Assembly: GCA_001244265.2 (NCBI GenBank) | Contig: CDLV01000011.1 | Coordinates: 558,001-622,000 of the forward strand | Source of the DNA: Microbotryum violaceum | Lineage: Eukaryota | Length of the DNA: 64,000 bases | Direction of reading: 5' to 3' | Shown here: piece by piece, positions 25,568 through 38,894 of the stretch | Layout: each line of letters starts with the position of its first letter | Position numbering within the stretch: the first letter of the stretch is position 1 | Program-made: the position numbers and the translations under genes | The notes under the pieces: generated by a model | What the model was told of the DNA's origin: nothing | Databases searched by the model: none | Seen by the model: the letters and a program-made list of their open reading frames with translations, nothing else

Positions 25568-27013
25568 CATCAGCAACAACAACAGCCGCAACCACTTCCT
25601 CGACTACCACCACCACCACAGGCACCCGAGTTGCCTCGGCCTCAGCCATCATCGCCGACCCGTTGTCCCCCTTCCTGCACCTCGTACTGCCCTCGTCGTC
25701 GTCGTCGTTGTCCCACTCGTCCAAGTCGAGCACGGCCAACATCCACCCTTCCATCATCCGCCTCGCTCTGCAGTATGCCGAGTTCAAGATCGTGGGCGCC
25801 AACGCACGCTGCATCGCCATGCTCGAAGCACTCAAGGATGTCAGTCAATCGCACCAAGTCCGCACCGCATTCGGCGCGGCTGTCCTGACCCCACGGGCCC
25901 CCTCTCCCCACACAGATCATCGCCTCCTACACACCACCAGCACAGACAAGCCTCACACGGCATCTGCCGACGACCCATCTCAACCCGCAAATCAACCATC
26001 TCGTCCGAGCAAGGCCGCTCTCGGTCTCCATGGGCACTGCGATCCGGTACCTCAAGTACGAGATCAGTCTGATCGAAATGGAGACCGACGCAGAAGAGGT
26101 CAGGAGTGCCTTGAGTTTAGCTCACAAACAGCTCGTGGCTGAACCATTGGTTGTCACCTCTTCACAGGCCAAGGCGATGCTCATCAGCAAGATCGACTCG
26201 TTCGTTCGCGACCGGATCCTGCTCGCCGACAAGGTCATCGAGCAACACGCGTGCGAAAAGATCAACGACGGCGATACGATTCTCACTTATGCGAGATCGT
26301 CCGTCGTTGAAGGCGTCTTGCTCGAGGCCAAGAGGCAGGGCAAGGATTTTACAGTTGTCGTTGTCGATTCAAGACCGCTCAATGAGGGTGAGTGCTAACC
26401 GGACTCGGCAAGTGAATAAACTCAGCGGAGAGCTCGTTCCGACGATGATGTTTGCTCTGCTCGATCAGGCAAAAATCTCCTCATTTCTCTACGCGCGGCA
26501 CAAATACCCACGACCTACGTCCTACTCCCCTCTCTGTCCTTGGTTCTACCCCGCGTCTCACTCTGCCTTCTCGGCACCCACGCCCTGCTATCGAATGGAG
26601 CCATGTTCTCCCGAGCCGGAACAGCCATGGTCGCGATGATGTTGCGGGAAAAGGGTGTCCCCGTCGTTTGCTGTTGCGAGACGTACAAGTTCTCCGAGCG
26701 GATCATGCTCGATTCGATCGTGGGCAATGAAATGGGTTAGTCCGAGCGGAGCGTTTTCTGAGCCGAAGCCCTTTCTTCGGGCCATTCCTAACTCGAGGTC
26801 CCGCATACCACCCTCACAGCCACGCCTCAATCATTACTGGAGGGAATCATCCCCGCAACACCGACGACGAACCTTTCACCGCTCTCGCTCTTGTACGATG
26901 TGGCGAGACCTGAGGATGTGACGGTCGTCATCACCGAGGCTGGATTGATCCCCGTACAGTCCGTACCAGTGTTGCTCAGGGATTACAAGCCGTTGGCTGG
27001 GGCAGGGTTGTAA
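25162..27013 (+). CDS. GCD2: Translation initiation factor eIF2B delta subunit, multi-exon
   Basis: IHPSIIRLALQY..IVGANARCIAML, RPLSVSMGTAIRYLK, ILTYARSSVV, VVDSRPLNEG, CCETYKFSERIMLDS, VITEAGLIP; low-complexity Ala/Gly/Ser N-terminus with GGAGCA repeat ~25520-25570. Confidence 0.93.
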
Positions 27014-27249
27014 GACGAGATGTACTAGACTTGTAATAGTGAGCTAGCTTATTTTGCGGACGATAGAGCTGCTTCGGATCGTTGCCAAAATCGATCAAAC
27101 GGTGATCAGCGAGAGGATCACGTGACTGACTTTGGTTGGTACGCGATCGACGGCGGAGTTGTGATCGGGAGCGATCCCTTTCGTCATCGTGCCAGATCGA
27201 CCGTTAGCCTTTGCTCCCTCACGAGCTGCCGCGAAGCGCCTCTTCCGAG

Positions 27250-28565
27250 ATGAGGTAGGCCAAGTGCCACACAGCTAATCACTACTTCAAAAGCTAAATC
27301 ATCACCCACTCTGCTCCCTCTGACAGCACCCGAGCCACTCCACACATCGTCCTGATCGACACCGGTCTCACGTCCCTCACGATCGCCCGTACCCTCCTCC
27401 TCTCCACGACCCTGACCACCCCCTTCTCACTCACCCTCTTGGACAAAGCCAAGAACCCCGGTGGTCGACTGACGTCCCGTACCTACGACTCGGGCGTCGT
27501 TCTCGAAACCGGTGCTCGAGTGTTCGAAGCTTCACCCAATCCCTCGACCTTCATATCAAAGAGGTCGAACGGTGGGAATCCAAGGGATACGTCAAACAGG
27601 TCGTTCCGGGGATGTTGAAAGGTGTTGGTGAAGGTTCGAGTGGTTCGGGACGAGGCGGCAAGTGGTGGGAAGGCGTCGGGGGTTTCAGTAGAGGTTTGAT
27701 CGCGGGTTTGGTGCAGGAGATCAAGGAAGCTTCAAAGGGGAGGGTCGAGTTCAAGTATGAAGTTACGGTGAGTGGGGGCTATCTTCAGGTGTTTGTATGT
27801 GCTTGGGTCGCTTGTAGGCACTGAACCCAAAATTTGCAACCCCCACTCTTCCAGGCCGCCAACCCCACCCCCATCGATCCTACGACGAACCCCCTCGACC
27901 TGACCCTCGATCCCTCAATCGAGCTCCCACCCATCTCCTACCTCGTACACACCGCCCCCTCACCTCAAAGCTCCGTCCTCCTACCTTCCTCCTCAACTGC
28001 CAGAGCCTCCCCCACGACCTATCTCAAAACTTTCGTTTGGCTCTTACCGACGATCAAGTTATCCCCCCCTTCACCGATCTATCACCGTAATCCTCATACC
28101 TCGATCAATTCCATCGCGACGGGCCTAGGTTCCAAAAGTCCCTCCTCCAAAACCGACGATGATGCACAAGGTTTGGTCATCCAATCGACACCCGAGAAAC
28201 TTGGGTTAGGGTGCACCAAGGATGAGACGACCGATCAAGAGATTCGTAATCGATTTTTCAAGATCCTTTACGACGAGAATGTCTTGCCTTTGGAGATCTT
28301 GTCAGATATTAAAGATAGGACGGGACGGGAATCGCAAATCAAGCGTTGGAAATTCGCTCAGGTCGAAGGTGCGGTCGAGGTGCGACAAGGAGGGTACGAG
28401 ACAGAGGGAAAGAGGGGTGTTGTTTTGGAAGGGGATAGGGTCATCTTGGCTGGCGATGGGACGGTCGGTGGTGCGGGGGGTGTGGAAGGGGCTTATCTGG
28501 CCGGGGTGGAGGCGGCGCAAGTGTTGATCAGATGGGTGGAACAGGCGGAGAGGTCAAAGATGTAG
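27250..28565 (+). pseudogene. Renalase-like FAD/NAD(P)-dependent oxidoreductase, apparently frameshifted
   Basis: HIVLIDTGLTSL, LDKAKNPGGRLTSR, ETGARVF, C-terminal RWKFAQV..LAGDG..GGVEGAYLAG; the frame must shift at TTC-AT-ATC (~27553) to reach IKEVERWESKG. Confidence 0.65.
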
Positions 28566-30747
28566 AGGAATTTTTGAATGCAGCGACGAACCGGAAAATA
28601 CGACAAGGAAAGTGCAAATCCGGAGAAGCACATCGCGCTTTAAAGCTGCAAAGCTGAGGGGTGAAAACCATTGAGTCAGTTCGCACTCGAGCACTCCAAC
28701 GGCAACTCGAGAAAGATCCCCTCAGTATATACATAAAGTTATCTAGCCATGCCCATCCCGAACCTCGGAAAACAAAGTTCAAGTCGAAAAAAGGAACCAA
28801 CCAAAGTGCAAAGCGCTTTGAAGAAAAGCCCCTCCCTCCTGCTCGATCCTCGTCTAGGAAATCCGGGATGGGAAACCCGCCAAAGGGACGTCCGCTCGCG
28901 CCTCGAACGCGAGGAAGAAATGGTCTTGTCCGTGAAACGGCTTTGAGCACTACATCCAAGTTCCGGAGGTGGAGTGAACGAGGCTTTGGACGAGTAACGG
29001 CGACTCATTAAATCATTTTTTAAACCATCATGGGGGATTGTCGAGGCGGTGTTGGGGGGGGGGGGGGGGGGGTAGTGGGCAGGGAAAGGGCTTACCTGTT
29101 ACGAGTCCAACACGTTGACAATCGTGTTTGTGATACGACTCTCGCAAAAGCGGTCCCCGATGGGACGCTCGGCTAGGGTAAAACATAGGGTTTCTCGGTT
29201 GCACAACAACAAATGAAAGACGAAGAAAAGGAGGCACATCGGCTGCGAAGCCCGCGACGGAGGAAAACGATCGCGCCATCGCCCCCGCCGCACGGCAGGG
29301 ACATGAAACAGAAAGGAAAAGAGAAAATGTACGAGGCAAGATTTAGCACGTCTCAACCCACCGCTTATAAAGAAGCCTAGGCCGGACGCTTCCTATATAC
29401 ACCTCGTTGGTCGAGTTTGGTCTCCTCAACGTCGATTCGATTGAATCTGGCAGTAAGACCCCCCTGTGAGTTGGCGAAGGCTACCGTGGCTCTGTAGGGT
29501 GCAGAAAGGGGATAGGCAAGGATCGGGTTAGTCTTGGGTATACTGGATGCGGAGGTGGGCGGAGGGTATAGCGAGCTTACGTTGAGTGAGCTTTTGATGA
29601 GAAAAGAAAAAGCGAGAGCCGCGAAGCGTGCGCGCACGGCGATCTCGTTCGAATTGGCATTGGCATTACTAGGCATCACTCAATTGAAAGCTTGCTTACA
29701 AAACTGGTTTCGTTTCTCGGCAACGGCGCAGTGTTGGACCTCACTTCTCTCTACTCAGGTGACGCAGCCGTGTGCTCAATAGTCGAGATGATCGTATCAA
29801 GTTGAACTGGCAGCTGCAAGACACCTACAATCTGCCTTTCTCCTGAGCACGGCTGGTCGACCTTTGAGCGCGGGAGAGCGTGTTCTGCTGTCTCCTCCAC
29901 CTCGTCCCCCGCATCACAAAGTCCAAGCCACCCAGGCCCGCCTCGTAGCTGCAGCGTACTGTTCTGTCAATTGCTTTCCTCTCCAGCCCAGGCGGTTATT
30001 GATGACTCAAGAACTACCACTGCCAAGCAGCCTCTCCCGGGTGGTCCAGTGGTGCACGTCGTCGGTGTCGATGGTTCCGACCCTGACCGACAGGCATGAG
30101 CCCACAGGGCCGCCTTTAGCACCATTCTTCCCAGGACGTGCTCGTTGGGGCTTTTGGGGCTCACAACCTGTCGATCGGTCGGAACTTTGATCACGGCACG
30201 TCGCCCGTCGAGAAGCTGCCAGTGCCACCCACCCGACCTCACGCGTTGTCCAGGCTGTGGCGAAGCTCCTGATACTTTGCGATTGTAATGATTCACCCGA
30301 AGAGCCGGGTGCAACAGCTTGTGGAAGATGAGATTAACTCCTGAGGTCTTGGACATGGTTTTGGGTCTCGACCCAAGGGGCAAAACCACGAACGCAAATC
30401 ACTCTGCCCCTTCTATTCCTTTGAAAAAATAGATAAAATATATTTTCTGCTTACTCAAGACGAGCGTAAAAACTTCACATTTATAAAGGCTTGGGGCCCG
30501 TAGCCTAGCTTAGCTGACCAGCAGCTGACCTGGTAGAGTTCAAGGAGCCACGGTGCCACGGTGCCACCCCGGGCGGCGACGGGCGTGCCCCGCGATTTGA
30601 CAGGGTTTTGGCGATCCTGTCCGAGCAAGCGAGTCTCCGTCTCCCAAACCACTCACGCGAGTTCGCCCACCGCACCACCTTGGGTAGCATGGACCACACA
30701 CGACGATAACATATCATTGCACCAACATAACACCATCACCTCCAGCG

Positions 30748-33700
30748 ATGGTCGTTCCTTCGGGCTGTACGTCCCCCAACTCTTGACGGGCGCGAGAACT
30801 TTCGTCATCGTACGCGTCCCGAGCGCGTTGCGACGCGTTTCTCGGCGAACGGCGCATGCATGCAGCATCAGCATGTGACTGCCGCCACTGTTGCGTCTCC
30901 TTCCGCTCGAGCTGACATATCCCCTCTTCGTAACACTCAGTACCACCCGCAACGCCGCCTCGTCGTACTGGGCAAGGTCGGTCGTCGAGCATCTCGATCA
31001 TACCGGCTACACCATCACGTTCGCCTATCACTCGACGGAGCGAAGCGCGAAGATCCCCTCCGCAGCGACAGGCACCCTCGACTCGAGATGGTCGAGAGCT
31101 CGAATCGGCATCCAAACTCGCCGCTTACAAGAAGAAGGAAGACATCGGCCGGAGGATCTTTGGATTGCCGCCACGAGGTGCCGCCTCCTCGACCCGGGAC
31201 TCCAAGCAGCATTTGCCCCAAATCGGGGTCCCACTTCCACGGAGGTGCTTTCTGCGGACCCTGGTCATTGTGGGGACCGCAGTCATAGCTGGTTTGATTG
31301 TCTGGCTGGTCGCCATTTTCGACCGGGAACCGGCCCGGGAACCTCTGGTCATCCGTGAGTAGAGCAAACGACATCGAATTCCTTATCCTACCAGGCTAGC
31401 TCAGCTCACCCACGCTTGCTCGCTTGTTCGCACAATTCAGCATACCGAGAATGGGACACCGTTCCGTATACTCATCTCGACTACTCAAGCCCCATCGCTC
31501 TACGGCCCATGACTCGACTATTCCACGTCTCAAAGGAATTTGGTCCGGCGACGATGGGAGGACTTGGCGTGATGCTGACCTCGCTCGTTGTCGCGCAAAC
31601 CCAGTCGGGCCAACTTGACATCTCTGTGATTCTCCCGCACTACTCTTACCTCAATTCGATTCCCGAGCTCAAGGACCAGATTGAGCTCGTAGCCGAACTG
31701 CAGGTGCCAGTAGTCAGTTATCGAGGCCACGTCCGGCACGTCGCCTGTCCCGTGTCTCGACTTCGGTGGAAATACGTCGACGTGCCCGATTTTTTGGGGG
31801 CAGAAGTGGAGACTGCGGAGGCGATTCAGGAACGCTTCATCGACATCTACTTGATTGGTCCCGGCAAATCACACCCTTTCCACGTCGCGTTCCGAGCCAA
31901 GGATTCAGGGGATGTCTACTCGGCGTACAAGCCGCTGCGCCAAGAGTGGAAGGACCTGTGGTTCGCATCCGCGACCGCCGAGTTCATCGGGCTGATCAAT
32001 GCGCACCCGACCACAATCGATGGCTCTTCCGGCCTCGTCGACCTCGTGCATCTCCACGGCGCGACAAACGCGATGGTGGCCTACTACATTCGACAGCAAG
32101 AGGCGCAGAATCACAATGCCACGATCCCTGCAATCATCTACACGCTCCACGACTCGCTCGATGAAGTCGAGTACTCGAACCTCGTCTCGAACGCCGTTTC
32201 TTTCCTCTCGCCGATCGAGCACCAATCGCCTTTAGCACACTTGCTCGTCACCCGACTGCCCAATTATGTGCACAGCGCACAGCTGTTCCCTGCGGCCATG
32301 GCTGTTGATCTCGCCGATATGGTCACATTCGTCTCGAGATCGATCGCAGCCGATATCACCGAAGGACGTTTCACCTTCCGCCTTCAGGAACTCATCATGC
32401 CCTCGATCGCTGCGCAGGCCAAACGCGGTCACTTTGTCGGCATTACGAACGGCATCGACTTTACTGATCTGTCCAAGAACCCGTTTGTCGCGCCTTTGCT
32501 TGTCAAGCGGGGTGCCGCTTTCCCTCGGATTGGGTCTAATCTGCTCAGATCTTCGACGCTCGAGGACGAAGCGCTCTCGTTCGTCGCCGCCAAGCGACGC
32601 GCCAAGCAGGCCTTGATCGACGCTCTGCCGATGCATTTCTCTGAGGCTGATCTCCGACGACCCATACTACTCTTCATCGGGCGTTTTCAGTACAACAAAG
32701 GCTGTGAATTTCTCGAACCCATCCTCGAGATGCTTCTCGAAGCGCAAAGGACGGCCGAGGCTTTCAAAGACGATGGGCAAGCGGCCCATCACCAGTTCGA
32801 TGCTCGGCTCGTCGTCATGGGCGCTCGGAACAACTATCCGATCCAAGAACTGCGGCGATTACAACAGTGGTACCCACGTCACTTTACTTTGATTGATGAC
32901 GCGTCAGATCTCCAATCGCAGTGGGGCTCGATGATCCGCATGGCCAGCGATTTTAGTTTCGTCCCTTCCTTCTCCGAAGCGTTCGGTCTCGTCGCGGCCG
33001 AGGGCTTGCTCTTTGGTGCTCCCGTCATCTCGACTGGCGTTGGCGGCCTGGCCGAATTCCTCGTTCCTTTCGACAAAGAAGCCAAGAAACCCTCATCAGC
33101 TGGCAATGCCCACTTATTCCAATTGTACGGTGGTGTCGGCCGCGGTGAAGGGAGTGGAACGCCGGGAGGCGAACTCAGTCTCCAAGCTGACCAAGCGCGA
33201 CCGAGTTTGGAGGAACTCGACCCGGCGATTCGTCGTTGCAACACCGTCGTCGCCTCTGCGATTCGAGGATGGCAGGAACGGGCCCATGATTGGGCTAGGG
33301 TTGACCAAGAACGGTTTGTTCGGCGTTTGGTCGTGGATGCTCTAGAGCTGAGTTGGCACAGGCCGAACGGACCTGTTGAAGAGGTGGGTCTTGGCTTACT
33401 AACGGGGGAGCAGTCGCGCGCTTTTCCTTGGACTGACGATCTCACTGTTTCCGAATCTATCGGTACAGTTCACTCGCGTTTACGACGCGGCCCTTCGTGT
33501 ATCACGTGCGCGACCGATTGGCGGACGCGCTCACTGGGTCGATCATCATCCTCATCCGCCTGCAGCTACATTGACCAAGAGCGCGCCGCCGGGAATCGTG
33601 GCGACCGCTGTCGCTCACTTACCCATTTACAAGATCTGGACCACCGACAATGAGATCCGAAGACAACCACAAGCTCCGATCGTGGCGCATCTTTTACCCG

Positions 33701-33939
33701 AAGCAGCGAACAGTAAAGGTAATGGCGGGTCAGGCTCAAGCAAGAAAGGAGGCGCCAACGGCTCGGGTGCTCGGAACAAGAAGAAGCCTTCAACGACATC
33801 GGCCCTCAAAAGTCACTTCCACCAAAAGGCGAAAGCTCATTCCACGCACCACGAGCATAGGAAACCGAGTCCGCATCGAAGACCGAAGAACGGGTCCAAG
33901 CAAATGACGGCAAAATCTGCGGCACGGCGCCATAGATGA
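30748..33939 (+). CDS. Membrane-anchored GT-B glycosyltransferase, starch/glycogen-synthase-like (GT5/GT4-like); start exon tentative
   Basis: TM helix LVIVGTAVIAGLIVWLVAIF; LFHVSKEFGPATMGGLG, ISVILPHY, DLVHLHG, IYTLHD, GITNGID, FIGRFQYNKG, PSFSEAFGLVAAEG..TGVGGLAE (E-x7-E); basic disordered C-terminus. Confidence 0.8.
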
Positions 33940-34900
33940 AAAGCCCTTGGCGGGCTCGGCTCCAGGAGCTGCTAATGAATTATATGATTCATCAACGCAA
34001 GACTGAAAACGGGCGAGGCGGGGCGGCCTCACGACCCTAAGGTTAGGCGATGTGTGTCTGTATGTATCTTGATCAACCGTAGTGTAGTGTAGGTGTACAG
34101 TATTGCAACTTTGGGGTTGAGAACTGGTCAGCCGTCGGGCATTCGTCATTTTTTTTCGACATCATATATGACATGTCGATGTTCCAGCGAGGTGTCATCA
34201 TACTACCAAGTCCCCGTCGCCCGTCGTCGTCGGCACCATAATGTGGCACGCAGAGTGTTGCAGGTAGTCACGTATCGCTTACGCTGTAGAACGGAGCGAT
34301 AAGATGCCGATGGAAGTAGACGGACTGGACTGCAAGAAGCAGATGCGAGCAGAGCAGAGCCGAGGGCCCGAGCTCCGCCCCCACCCGGCCCCCACTGCCC
34401 CCACTAGGTTACCCGACTTCTGACACCACCGAGAACACCTATCCCTAACTCGCGTATATTAGCTGTCGACACGGGGCCCGGGTTCCGGGTTCCGGGTTAG
34501 GGAAAGGTGGGAGGCTCATGAGGCCCACAGACTACAGTTCGGTTCCTGATGCCCGCAGGTGCCCTCAGAGCTCAGGCACTTCGGGCGCGGGCATCGGGCG
34601 CGGGCTCGCCATGCTCATTGCTCGGGGAACAGCGCATCAGCTCGCTCGGTCATTCGCGAACTGAGCTCGGGCACAACTCGCTGACAAATTTCGCTGTTTG
34701 GTCCCGTCGCGGCCCTTGCCTTCGGGCCATCTACTTAAGTCTGTTTTCTCGACTTTGGTTCGTCTGCGTTTTTTCTCGTATTTCGACGTGTCGTTGTGCA
34801 CTACTCGAACGTCTTTACGACTTCGATCCGCTTCGGCAGCTTTTCCGACCCCCGTCACGGTGTACCCGCGTTGGGACCGCCAGCGACGGCCGTGTCCGTG

Positions 34901-36280
34901 ATGGCGCGTTCGCAAGCGTCCAAGACCACCACCGCCAAGCGCAATCGCACCCCGTCGCCAATCCTAGCATGGTGGATCACCCCGCGCAATGCAGCCACTA
35001 GATTCGTGGCTTTACATCGACCCATCACTTTCGCTTTGTCGCTCGCTTGGTCGTTGCTCTGCTTCGTCGTCTCGGCGCTCTTCAGCCTGACCCATTTACC
35101 ACCACCGAGCTCCGCGCCTGCGCTTTGCGCTTGTAGATCATCCCCCGAGCCGCGAACCCGCCCGCGGCCCGGTCGGGCTCGAAGGCCATCGCCGACACCG
35201 ATCTTGACACTCTCAACCGTTGCATTCACGTCGTTGGAAATGGAATACAATGACGTGCCTTCCTTGACGATATCGACACCGGCCGCACTAAGCACATCCG
35301 CCAACTCTCCCGTCGTCGACAGGACCGCCGCCGCCGCGAAATTGCGCTCGAATCGACTCGGACTCCTCTTCCGAAGGCATCCCCGACGATCTGGGTCCCT
35401 CCCCGCCGACGCAGTCGCAGTCAACTTCGACCGCCATGTGCTCGGCGATGTCGAAGAATCGGAAGAGGATTACCACAACCGTGACTCGATGGATCACAGC
35501 GATCGCTACTCGTTCAGCTCGGATCGTACCTACGACTCGGAGGACGGATCAGATCAACGCAGCCGTGGCCCCGGCCCGATGACGCCCGATGGAGGAGCGA
35601 GTGATTCGGATCTGAGCGAAGCCGAGACGACGGCCGACCATGCGGAAATACCCGGGTCATCTGCCAACCCGAAGCGCTCGAACAATCTAATGCATTGGCT
35701 CAAGCGACGCTCGGCAACCAAAGGGACGAGAAGCCCGAGCTCGCGCAAGGACTCTCTTGGTGATGGCGACGAGGATCTTGGCGCCCACAGTCAGGCGCAG
35801 AAGACGCCGAGCAAGAGGAACTGCTCGAATTGCACACACTCGGCTCTGCCGCCCTTAATCCCATCGTTACGCAACTACGATCCTCATCCCGACTCGGTCT
35901 CGTTCTCGAGTTCACCTTTGTCCGAGTCTCATGTTGAGTTCCTCAGCACTCGCACCGATTCGACCTCGACGATGAATTCCGTGACCTCCTCAACCTCGTT
36001 CTCAGCATCTTCCAGTGAGATGGGGTCTCTTGGCGTGCCTGCGCACCCCGCTGCGCTTACGAGACGTCGCGGGCTTTCGCTCCTGTTTCGGCGGTCAAGC
36101 TCGTCTCGGTCTCCGTCTCCGTCTTCCAAGTCACCTCTTGGATCGCCTTTGATCACACCACCGGTTTCGCCAACATTTATCCCCTCGCTCGTCTCATTGC
36201 ACAAGACGCATCCTGGCTTGGTTTGCTTGGACAGCGATGTCCCCGCTCTACAGTCCTCAGCGATTCCCACTCGGGCTTGA
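34901..36280 (+). CDS. Hypothetical Ser/Pro/Arg-rich disordered protein with one N-terminal hydrophobic segment
   Basis: Uninterrupted ~460 codon ORF; hydrophobic FALSLAWSLLCFVVSALFSL; no recognised domain. Confidence 0.55.
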   Translation: MARSQASKTTTAKRNRTPSPILAWWITPRNAATRFVALHRPITFALSLAWSLLCFVVSALFSLTHLPPPSSAPALCACRSSPEPRTRPRPGRARRPSPTPILTLSTVAFTSLEMEYNDVPSLTISTPAALSTSANSPVVDRTAAAAKLRSNRLGLLFRRHPRRSGSLPADAVAVNFDRHVLGDVEESEEDYHNRDSMDHSDRYSFSSDRTYDSEDGSDQRSRGPGPMTPDGGASDSDLSEAETTADHAEIPGSSANPKRSNNLMHWLKRRSATKGTRSPSSRKDSLGDGDEDLGAHSQAQKTPSKRNCSNCTHSALPPLIPSLRNYDPHPDSVSFSSSPLSESHVEFLSTRTDSTSTMNSVTSSTSFSASSSEMGSLGVPAHPAALTRRRGLSLLFRRSSSSRSPSPSSKSPLGSPLITPPVSPTFIPSLVSLHKTHPGLVCLDSDVPALQSSAIPTRA

Positions 36281-36545
36281 GTTCATTCTGGGCCTCGATC
36301 ATGTTTTTGATATCCTTTCGCATTGCATACGTACCAGCAGTATTTCGCATTTCTTTACGTATTTATTCGACATTATAACCGTTTTTTTCGATTTATTTGG
36401 CACTCGTGTAACATGACTGCAAGCGTTTCAAGCTCATACGCCGAACCATCACAAGGTGAGACCTCGCAAGCCTTTGACTCGCGTGCTCTCGTGCCTCTGG
36501 GTCCTGGCAATCGGTCGCCGCCAGGAGCGTCTGGGATTGAATCTC

Positions 36546-38784
36546 ATGCCACCGAGTGAAGCGGCGACCTTGTTCCGCCAAGGTGTTGCGGCTTACTCAA
36601 CAGGCTCGTACGACCTTTCTATCGAGCTCTTCACAGCTGTGAGTGGGACGCGTCACCCCGGATCCTTCGCGGAGAGTCACGTCGCGACGCGCTAATCTTC
36701 ATCCAGCTTACATTCGCTCATCTCTTTGGCTGCTTCTTACCTCCTCACTCAGGTCATCGCGCAGAACAAAACCTCTGCAAAAGCTTACGATGCTCGAGCC
36801 AAAGCATTTGACAAAGTTGGGATGCTCAGGGATGCGTTGAGGGATGCGAAGCGGGTGACTGAGTTGATGCCCGACTCTACGAGGGTCAGTTTAATACGTT
36901 TGCGAGCCGAGGATGCTGTTGAGGACTTCAGAGACTGATCACGAGTCTTTTTACACCCACTTGACTCAAGGGCTATGAGCTGGCCGGTCGTCTTGCGAAG
37001 GGTGGAGGGATGCTCGAAGTGGCCCAAAAAATGTTCAACGCTGCGCTGACAAAATGTCCGGCAGGATCCCAGGTGGCACTGGTGAGTCGTCACTCTATGC
37101 CCAGAAATCCTGCGTTGACGCTCAGTTGAGCTATTCATGCTTTTCCAAGGCTATCGAAGAAGAGCTGAAACAGACTCGCGAGCTGGCGGAGACACTCAAT
37201 CCGGTGAGCAAGACTCCACAAGTCATACTTACCTAGCTCTGATACACTATGGCCTGGTGGATTGTCTTACAGTCGAGCGCGATCACAAACTTACCGGCAG
37301 AGCTTCTTGTTCATATCGTGGCCATGGTTTGCATCTTGGAGACAGTCAAGCCCTCGCCGAGCCCTACAAATCCGGCGATCGTCGCCTCGCACGTTTGCCA
37401 TCAATGGCGCACGGTGGTGACCGACGCGCCCATGCTATGGAAGTCGTTGCACCTCGATTGCATTCGCTGGGGTGCCCTGACGGTTCGCAAGACCAAGTTC
37501 TGGGCCGCACGGAGCACAGGCCGGATTCCCGATGGTCCGAACGAGGCCTCTGTCAGCCTCGGAAAGCGCAGAGGTCACGGCATCGCATCGCTCACACTAG
37601 TCGCCGTCGATCACATCACCCCCGCAAACCTGTCGATGATTCTGACGGCACTCGAAGAATACGACGCGGCACCGACGCTCATCAACTTTGCGTGCACGTG
37701 GAAGAAGCCGAGCCGCAGCGATCGTCCCCAAAAGCAGATCGACCGCTTGTTCCACTTTCTCGTAAAAAACTCGGCTCGATCGCTCCGGTCCCTCTTGCTT
37801 CACACCCCCAGTACAGGACTCGAGGTTGGCTTCTCTTTACCGAGACTCTGTCACACCTTTACGGCGTTGGAGGAGATCAATTTACGGGGTTTCCAAGGGT
37901 ATGACACGTCCATAGCCTTGCACCTCGGGAGCAACCTCTTGCCGCCCTACGCTGACGAGGCCGACTGGCTACCGACGCCGATCCGCACGCTCGTTTCGAA
38001 CACCGTCATATGGGAACTGCACTTCGCGAACGCGGGGACGGCGACACCTGAATTCATCCCTGGCGACTTTCCTCACCTGACTCGACTCGAATATGCGGCC
38101 CCGCGTGGACCAGGGGAGGTCTGGCGCTTGTTCACAACTCCGGATTTACGGCATCTCAAAATCAACGGGATGACTTCGGCCCGAATTCCCGAGGAAAGTT
38201 CAGTCGACCTCGAACGGGCGTTCATCAGCCTCGAATCATTGACGCTCCTTTCGACGAGAAACTTTGGTTCGTGGCTTTTGAAACTGATGGTCGTACAGAA
38301 CAAGACGTACGACGCTCTACGCTCGGTCCGCATCACCCCTCTCACGGTAACCAATTCGATCCTCCGTCTTTTCGGAGGCGACGTCGCGCCCCAACTCGAA
38401 ATCCTTCGTCTTGCCTCGTCGAATATGTCACGTTCAGAGCCCGTCGAGTTGCCTTCGTTGTTCCCTAAATTGAAGCAACTCGAACTCTCCAACTCGGCCT
38501 GGGTCAAGAACGAGCATCTCATCTCCTTGGCCAGTTCCGCTCCTCTGCTCGAACGACTCCGTCTTGACCAAATCGAGAACCAGATTTCCAAAGGGGTGAT
38601 GGAGGTCGTTAAAGCGCGATCGGAGAGATTGAAGGAGTTGGATTTGACGGGTTGTTCGGGTATTCAGGGGGATGCGATTGATTGGTTGAGGCAATTATGG
38701 CCTAGGGAGAGTAAGGTCGTCAAATTTTCGCTGAATAGTGATAAAGGTGCGGGGAGGAAGGCTTGGAGACAAAGTGGGACGTAG
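36546..38784 (+). CDS. TPR + F-box + LRR protein (Pof3/Dia2-like architecture), multi-exon
   Basis: TPR AATLFRQGVAAY..AYDARAKAFDKVGMLRDALRDAKRVTELMP; F-box NLPAELLVHIV..SHVCHQWRTVV..LWKSL; C-terminal LRRs (LKQLELSNS, LERLRLDQ, LKELDLTGC). Confidence 0.85.
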
Positions 38785-38894
38785 GAAACGAACCCAAGTG
38801 CAGGGATATTCTGGTGTGTTGTATTCATCACTTGATCGTGTCGTTGATAATTTGAATTACGATACTCGTCTATATTCAGGTGCTTGATACAGAC

